A stretch of 64,000 bases of DNA from an uncultured virus (IMG/VR IMGVR_UViG_3300042462_000205) (taxonomy: Duplodnaviria; Heunggongvirae; Uroviricota; Caudoviricetes), in the IMG/VR virus record IMGVR_UViG_3300042462_000205; one strand, written 5' to 3'. A program made the position numbers and the translations under genes. How positions within the stretch are numbered: position 1 is the stretch's first letter; the number at the start of each line of letters is the position of its first letter. Below are positions 59,390-64,000 of this stretch, in pieces. Below the pieces are notes generated by a model that was not told the origin of the DNA, searched no databases, and saw nothing but the letters and a program-made list of their open reading frames with translations.

Positions 59390-59764
59390 GTGGCTTATTC
59401 AGCTCAAGTTTTAGATCACTACGAAAACCCTAGAAATGTTGGTAAATTAGATGCCGCTTCATCTGATGTCGGCACCGGCATGGTAGGCGCACCGGCGTGC
59501 GGTGATGTAATGAAGTTGCAAATACAAGTAGAAGACGGTATAATAATAGATGCAAAGTTTAAAACATATGGCTGTGGTAGTGCAATTGCTAGCTCTAGTC
59601 TAGTAACAGAACTGCTTAAAGGTATGACAATAGACGAAGCGTTTACAATTAAAAATTCAGCAATAGCAGAAGATCTTGCCTTGCCGCCCGTTAAGATACA
59701 CTGTAGTGTCTTGGCAGAAGATGCAATTAAAGCTGCAATAAACGATTACAGGAGTAAGCAATAG
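59390..59764 (+). CDS. iscU: Fe-S cluster scaffold IscU
   Basis: YS..VLDHYENPRNVG, GAPACGDVM, KTYGCGSAIASSS, LPPVKIHCS. Confidence 0.97.
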   Translation: MAYSAQVLDHYENPRNVGKLDAASSDVGTGMVGAPACGDVMKLQIQVEDGIIIDAKFKTYGCGSAIASSSLVTELLKGMTIDEAFTIKNSAIAEDLALPPVKIHCSVLAEDAIKAAINDYRSKQ

Positions 59765-59916
59765 TGGAAGATATCGAAAGCCCGTGTATTGGCGTTTGTC
59801 ATTTAGATAATGATGTGTGCCGTGGATGTGGTAGAACAACAGATGAAGTAGTCGAATGGTACAATTATACTAACGAACAAAAACAAGCAGTGCTAGATAG
59901 GATATTCAATGATTAG
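59764..59916 (+). CDS. DUF1289 (YdhL-like) small Cys protein (50 aa)
   Basis: Hand-translated from GTG: ESPCIGVC..VCRGCGRTTDEV..W. Confidence 0.8.
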   Translation: MEDIESPCIGVCHLDNDVCRGCGRTTDEVVEWYNYTNEQKQAVLDRIFND

Positions 59917-60232
59917 TCTGACAGAATTAGCCGCAGAGAAAATTAAGAAAAGCATTACTGCTCGCGGAGCAAACACGCTAGGTATTAAAATTGGCGTTAA
60001 AACTGCTGGGTGTAGTGGTATGAGCTATGTACTTGAGTTTGTTGATCAACTTACAGCAGATAGTATTGAATACAAATGTCACGATGTTAGTATTTTTACC
60101 ACGCCAAAAGACCTAGTCTATGTAGACGGATTGAAAATGGATTGGCGTCGTGAAGGACTTAACGAAGGGTTTGAATTTATTAATCCAAATGCCACTGGTG
60201 AATGTGGATGTGGCGAGAGTTTTACAGTATGA
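59909..60232 (+). CDS. iscA: A-type Fe-S carrier IscA
   Basis: ISLTELAA, GCSGMSY, NPNA..ECGCGESF. Confidence 0.95.
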   Translation: MISLTELAAEKIKKSITARGANTLGIKIGVKTAGCSGMSYVLEFVDQLTADSIEYKCHDVSIFTTPKDLVYVDGLKMDWRREGLNEGFEFINPNATGECGCGESFTV

Positions 60233-60585
60233 AATTCCCAGTAATTGAAATAGTAGATCGTTACACCATTGCTGTAGTCAAACACAGAAAAACCAATGGT
60301 ACTAATCAAGAAGAATTAGATTTTTATCTAGCGCAGATGAAAGAAGTTAATATTAATCCTATGCATATTTTGGTATTAGAATTAATCGAACATCATGCGT
60401 ATGTTTGGTCATTGGAAGATGACTTTAAAAAGAATCGAATCGACGGTCAGCCATTGGAAGAAATTGGCCGTATAGCAATAGCAGTTCGAGACCAAGGATA
60501 CAAGCGTACACAACTTAAAAACGCATTAGCAGAACTAGCCGGGGATACGGTTAGAGAAATTAAACAAGATCATAGTAGTGAATAA
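60229..60585 (+). CDS. DUF6165-like helical protein (track start 60202)
   Basis: EIVDRYTI..K, W.LED, R..LKN...EIK; ATGA overlap with iscA. Confidence 0.55.
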   Translation: MKFPVIEIVDRYTIAVVKHRKTNGTNQEELDFYLAQMKEVNINPMHILVLELIEHHAYVWSLEDDFKKNRIDGQPLEEIGRIAIAVRDQGYKRTQLKNALAELAGDTVREIKQDHSSE

Positions 60586-60622
60586 TTACTTGATTTTTGT
60601 GATATAAGAATGTACACTAAGT

Positions 60623-62320
60623 ATGATGAACATTTTATTTTATTATGCATCTCCTGTTGAATATAACAATCGGCTTTTCTTAGGTACTGCTAATTTATAT
60701 TTAAAAACCTATATAGATCAAAATAATCCAAGTCTGGCAACAAAATTAAATTGGCTGATGCCTCAACAGAGAGCATTATCTGATGATGCATTAATTAAAT
60801 TATGCAATGACTCCGACGTCGACCTATTATGTACCAGTCATTATATATGGAATAATCAATTTCTACTAGAACAGCTAGAACGAATAACTCCATTTCTCAA
60901 TCCTAAAACAAAAATTATCACCGGTGGCCCAAGTGTAACAATTAACATTGATCCGCATTTTTTCGAATCATATTCATTTATCGATTATGCTGTGTACGGA
61001 CCGGGTGAACACGCATTTTCTAATTTAGTTGACACCTTAGTTAACAAAACAAAATTACATGCATTTAATACATCAAATATTGGCTGGTATGACGCCAAAA
61101 AACAACAGCAAATAGTTGCCGAATATCAATATGTAACAATGACTCAGACAAGTCCATTTATGCATAATGAAGAAATATTTTCCGAAATGATCACACAGGA
61201 ACAACTTGCTGGGTATAATGTAGCAGTTCCTTATGAACTAACTCGTGGGTGTCCATATTCATGTACCTTTTGCGATTGGAATAGCGGACTGGGTAATAAA
61301 ACAACTAGACGAAAAAATTCTTATAAAGACGATATTGATTTATTGGCAAGATTACGAGTATCAGATATATACCTGTCAGACGCAAACGTAGGGCAATATG
61401 ACGAAGATATCGATATGGTGGCATACTTTGCTAAGAAAAACTTAGAACATGCTGCAACATTCAATCTCCTTGGTAACTATAGTAAATTAAAAAAAGAAAA
61501 TAATTTAAAAATATATCATTTATTGGCCACTGGTAATCTTTTAACTCAAGGGTTTACTATGTCTTGCCAAGACATCGATCCAACGGTATTAGAAAATATT
61601 AATAGACCAGATATTACCTGGGATGAACATATTAAAATTGTTAATGAATTACAAGAACATTATCCCAATATACCATCCAAAGTACAATTAATACAGGGAT
61701 TGCCTGGTCAGACTGTGGACTCATGGCGAAAAACATTACACGAAATATCAAACCAATCGGTTATGCTACAAATATACATCAATGAATTATTGCCTACAGC
61801 GGCGGCGGCAAGAGATACTGATTATCAAAGTAAATTTAAATTCACCTACAGTAATAGTCAGAGATTTAGTTCTAGATCGCCCGCTGATAGTTATTTTTTT
61901 AGAGCTAAATTTGCACAATCTTGTGTGAGCTTTAGTCAATTTGATTTTGTTAATATGACTGTGATGTCACACATATATCAGTTACTAACTGCGGCTAGAT
62001 TTACATTTAGTGAATACGCTAGTAGTTTTGATATAGACCGAATGGTTGATGTATTTTTAAACTCGGCATTGGGTATTAATTTAAGAGATAACTTATACAA
62101 CAATTGGCTCAACGATAAATTTTATTATACACTATCGTTTGGTGGTGCTCCGGCAACAATTTCAGCTGATGCAGCGCATGCTGTTACCTTACAGTGGGCA
62201 ACTGATCCAGCATTCCATAAGTTTCTTATCAACGAAGTAAAAAATAATAAATTTAGAAAAGAATACATGTTAACAATTAATCAATCTCGAATCGTAGAAA
62301 CAGTTGGGGATTGGAGTTGA
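60623..62320 (+). CDS. B12-binding-domain radical SAM protein
   Basis: YIWN, ITGGP, GPGE, ELTRGCPYSCTFCDW, DAN.G, GLPGQT. Confidence 0.88.
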   Translation: MMNILFYYASPVEYNNRLFLGTANLYLKTYIDQNNPSLATKLNWLMPQQRALSDDALIKLCNDSDVDLLCTSHYIWNNQFLLEQLERITPFLNPKTKIITGGPSVTINIDPHFFESYSFIDYAVYGPGEHAFSNLVDTLVNKTKLHAFNTSNIGWYDAKKQQQIVAEYQYVTMTQTSPFMHNEEIFSEMITQEQLAGYNVAVPYELTRGCPYSCTFCDWNSGLGNKTTRRKNSYKDDIDLLARLRVSDIYLSDANVGQYDEDIDMVAYFAKKNLEHAATFNLLGNYSKLKKENNLKIYHLLATGNLLTQGFTMSCQDIDPTVLENINRPDITWDEHIKIVNELQEHYPNIPSKVQLIQGLPGQTVDSWRKTLHEISNQSVMLQIYINELLPTAAAARDTDYQSKFKFTYSNSQRFSSRSPADSYFFRAKFAQSCVSFSQFDFVNMTVMSHIYQLLTAARFTFSEYASSFDIDRMVDVFLNSALGINLRDNLYNNWLNDKFYYTLSFGGAPATISADAAHAVTLQWATDPAFHKFLINEVKNNKFRKEYMLTINQSRIVETVGDWS

Positions 62321-62345
62321 CCTTTGACAATTAACACTATATAAT
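62317..62345 (+). promoter_or_regulatory. sigma70 promoter, leaderless for 62352
   Basis: TTGACC-17-TATAAT, ATG 6 nt downstream. Confidence 0.75.
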
Positions 62346-62351
62346 AATATT

Positions 62352-63035
62352 ATGCTTATACAAAAATATGATTACACACCCATCAATCGCCAGAGCGTGG
62401 ATGGAAAAAGACTTTACAGTTTGCCAGATGGCAGTAAGGTTCCCTCGGTAACAACGATCCTCGATGCAACTAAACCGGCTGAAGCCAAGTTAGCTTTGGA
62501 AAACTGGCGCAAGTCTGTGGGCGAACAACGAGCTCGGGAAATTACTACAGAAGCCGCTAGCCGCGGAACACGTATGCACAAATGGTTAGAAGACTACGTA
62601 CAGAACAATCGTGAGATGGGCGAGCCCGGAACCAATCCCTACAGTATACAAAGCCACAGGATGGCCCAGAAGATTGTAGAAGAAGGATTAGTACATGTAG
62701 ACGAAGTTTGGGGCATTGAAGTGCCGTTATATGTAGCTGGACTGTATGCTGGTACAACTGACGCTTGCGGAGTACACAAGGGAAAACCGGCTATTTTAGA
62801 CTATAAACAGACTAATAAACCTAAGAAAACCGAGTGGGTTCAGGACTATTTCCTTCAATTATGTGCCTATGGACTAGCACATAACGAAACTCACGGAACT
62901 GACATACGTCAAGGCGTTATACTAATGTGTAGTCAAGACTTCCAATATCAAACATGGACAGTTGAGGGTGCCGAATGGGATAAGTGGACGAAAAAATGGT
63001 TGGAAAGAGTGGAACAGTATTATAATCTCAGCTAA
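62352..63035 (+). CDS. PD-(D/E)XK exonuclease
   Basis: PSVTTIL, RGTRMH, E..L, AGTTD, DYKQ, QL.AY. Confidence 0.88.
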   Translation: MLIQKYDYTPINRQSVDGKRLYSLPDGSKVPSVTTILDATKPAEAKLALENWRKSVGEQRAREITTEAASRGTRMHKWLEDYVQNNREMGEPGTNPYSIQSHRMAQKIVEEGLVHVDEVWGIEVPLYVAGLYAGTTDACGVHKGKPAILDYKQTNKPKKTEWVQDYFLQLCAYGLAHNETHGTDIRQGVILMCSQDFQYQTWTVEGAEWDKWTKKWLERVEQYYNLS

Positions 63036-63061
63036 ATATAAAATATAGATAGGATGATAAT

Positions 63062-63631
63062 ATGGCCGTAACTCAAATTTCCAAAATACAAATCCGCAGA
63101 GGACTGCAAGAGAATTTACCACAACTTAGTTCGGCTGAAATGGGTTGGTCAATTGACGAACAAAGATTGTTCATTGGTAATGGCACATTGGCCGAAGGTG
63201 CACCTACTACTGGTGTAACCGAAATTCTTACTACGCAAAGCATGTACAGCGAGTTGGCTCTGATTGAATCCTTGGAAAGTAATGTTGCTAATATGACAGC
63301 AAATATTACTACTATTCAGTCCGATGTTGCTAATATACAGTCGAATTTAGCAATGCGAACTATAACTTTATCTGATAATACTACTAATGGAAATATTGGA
63401 GTTACTAATATTTCTACGTTCTTAGAATATAGTATTGTTCGTGGCTCATCCACTAGATTTGGTTGGTTAAAAGGAGCATATCTCAATGGTGTTCCATTAT
63501 TAGATGATGAGTATACTGAATCCGCCGATGTTGGCGTTACATTCGGGTTCACCGGCAATATGTTTCAGTACACAACTACTAACACTGGTAGTGACGCAAC
63601 ATTTAAATTTTATATAAAAGAATTTTTATAA
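63062..63631 (+). CDS. virion protein with Mtd-N-like domain
   Basis: QISKIQIRRG..LPQL..AEMGW..D..RLFIGNG; TAAATA upstream. Confidence 0.7.
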   Translation: MAVTQISKIQIRRGLQENLPQLSSAEMGWSIDEQRLFIGNGTLAEGAPTTGVTEILTTQSMYSELALIESLESNVANMTANITTIQSDVANIQSNLAMRTITLSDNTTNGNIGVTNISTFLEYSIVRGSSTRFGWLKGAYLNGVPLLDDEYTESADVGVTFGFTGNMFQYTTTNTGSDATFKFYIKEFL

Positions 63632-63637
63632 TATAAC

Positions 63638-63666
63638 TTGCAAGAAGTTAAAATATCAAGTATACT
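63638..63666 (+). promoter_or_regulatory. sigma70 promoter for nrdA
   Basis: TTGCAA-17-TATACT. Confidence 0.6.
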
Positions 63667-63740
63667 ACAAGATATAGTAAATATACAACAACAATCAACA
63701 ATACAAATTTAGAGCAGTACTAAATTAAGAGGTTATCAAA

Positions 63741-64000
63741 TTGAGCATTATTCAAGTAATAAAACGTAGTGGCAGCCGTGTGCCTTTGGCAGTAGATAAA
63801 TGGCAAGCCCAGATCGCAAAGGTCTGTGCTGGAATTGCAGATGTAAGTCAGTCGATGATTGAAATTAAAGCACAACCACACTTTTATGATGGAATTAGTA
63901 CACGCGAAATTGACGAGATTACACTTAGAGCTATTGTTGATCTAATCGATGTAGAATCAAATCCAGACATAGGGCATACCAACTATCAATATGTAGCGGG
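63741..64000 (+). CDS. nrdA: ribonucleotide reductase large subunit, N-terminal ATP cone (truncated by window)
   Basis: TTG after GAGG; IQVIKRSG..SMIEIKAQPHFYDGISTREID..NYQYVAG. Confidence 0.85.
   Translation, partial: MSIIQVIKRSGSRVPLAVDKWQAQIAKVCAGIADVSQSMIEIKAQPHFYDGISTREIDEITLRAIVDLIDVESNPDIGHTNYQYVA

Noticed and set aside
62352..63035. Cas4
   Set aside because: Lacks the Fe-S cysteine arrangement; an ordinary phage PD-(D/E)XK exonuclease
1..64000. Bacterial chromosome or prophage origin
   Set aside because: Host-like genes are isolated among T4-like replication, fibre and late-promoter features; no integrase, rRNA or housekeeping operons

Overview
64-kb segment of a large lytic tailed dsDNA (jumbo, T4-superfamily-like) phage, standard genetic code 11, mostly + strand. 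Order: (1) tRNA array of 12 tRNAs, at least three structurally atypical, interleaved with candidate structured ncRNAs and a radical SAM gene; (2) auxiliary genes (CX5R phosphatase, YkuK, ahcY, metallophosphoesterase, porin, TauD-like dioxygenase, acyltransferase); (3) NDP-sugar/methyl-sugar/glycosyltransferase cluster and SleB hydrolase; (4) minus-strand operon (DUF1415-like, ATE/Bpt-like aminoacyl-tRNA transferase, amidinotransferase, DUF6614-like) converging on an unannotated 42-aa Cys/acidic peptide; (5) early sigma70 promoter region, AAA ATPase, fhs; (6) replication genes (UvsW-like helicase, clamp-loader-like, a 193-aa miniature DnaE, primase, DnaB-like helicase); (7) about 13 kb of tail fibre/adhesin genes with collagen repeats; (8) probable head/internal proteins sharing an N-terminal M[KR]hxEh motif, including a ligase-fold protein; (9) iscU-DUF1289-iscA flanked by radical SAM genes, an exonuclease and the start of nrdA. 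Many sigma70 and TAAATA late promoters sit 5-7 nt before an ATG, implying systematic leaderless mRNAs. A proteobacterial, possibly methylotrophic, host is inferred but not proven. Family assignments come from motif recognition by eye; no database searches were run.
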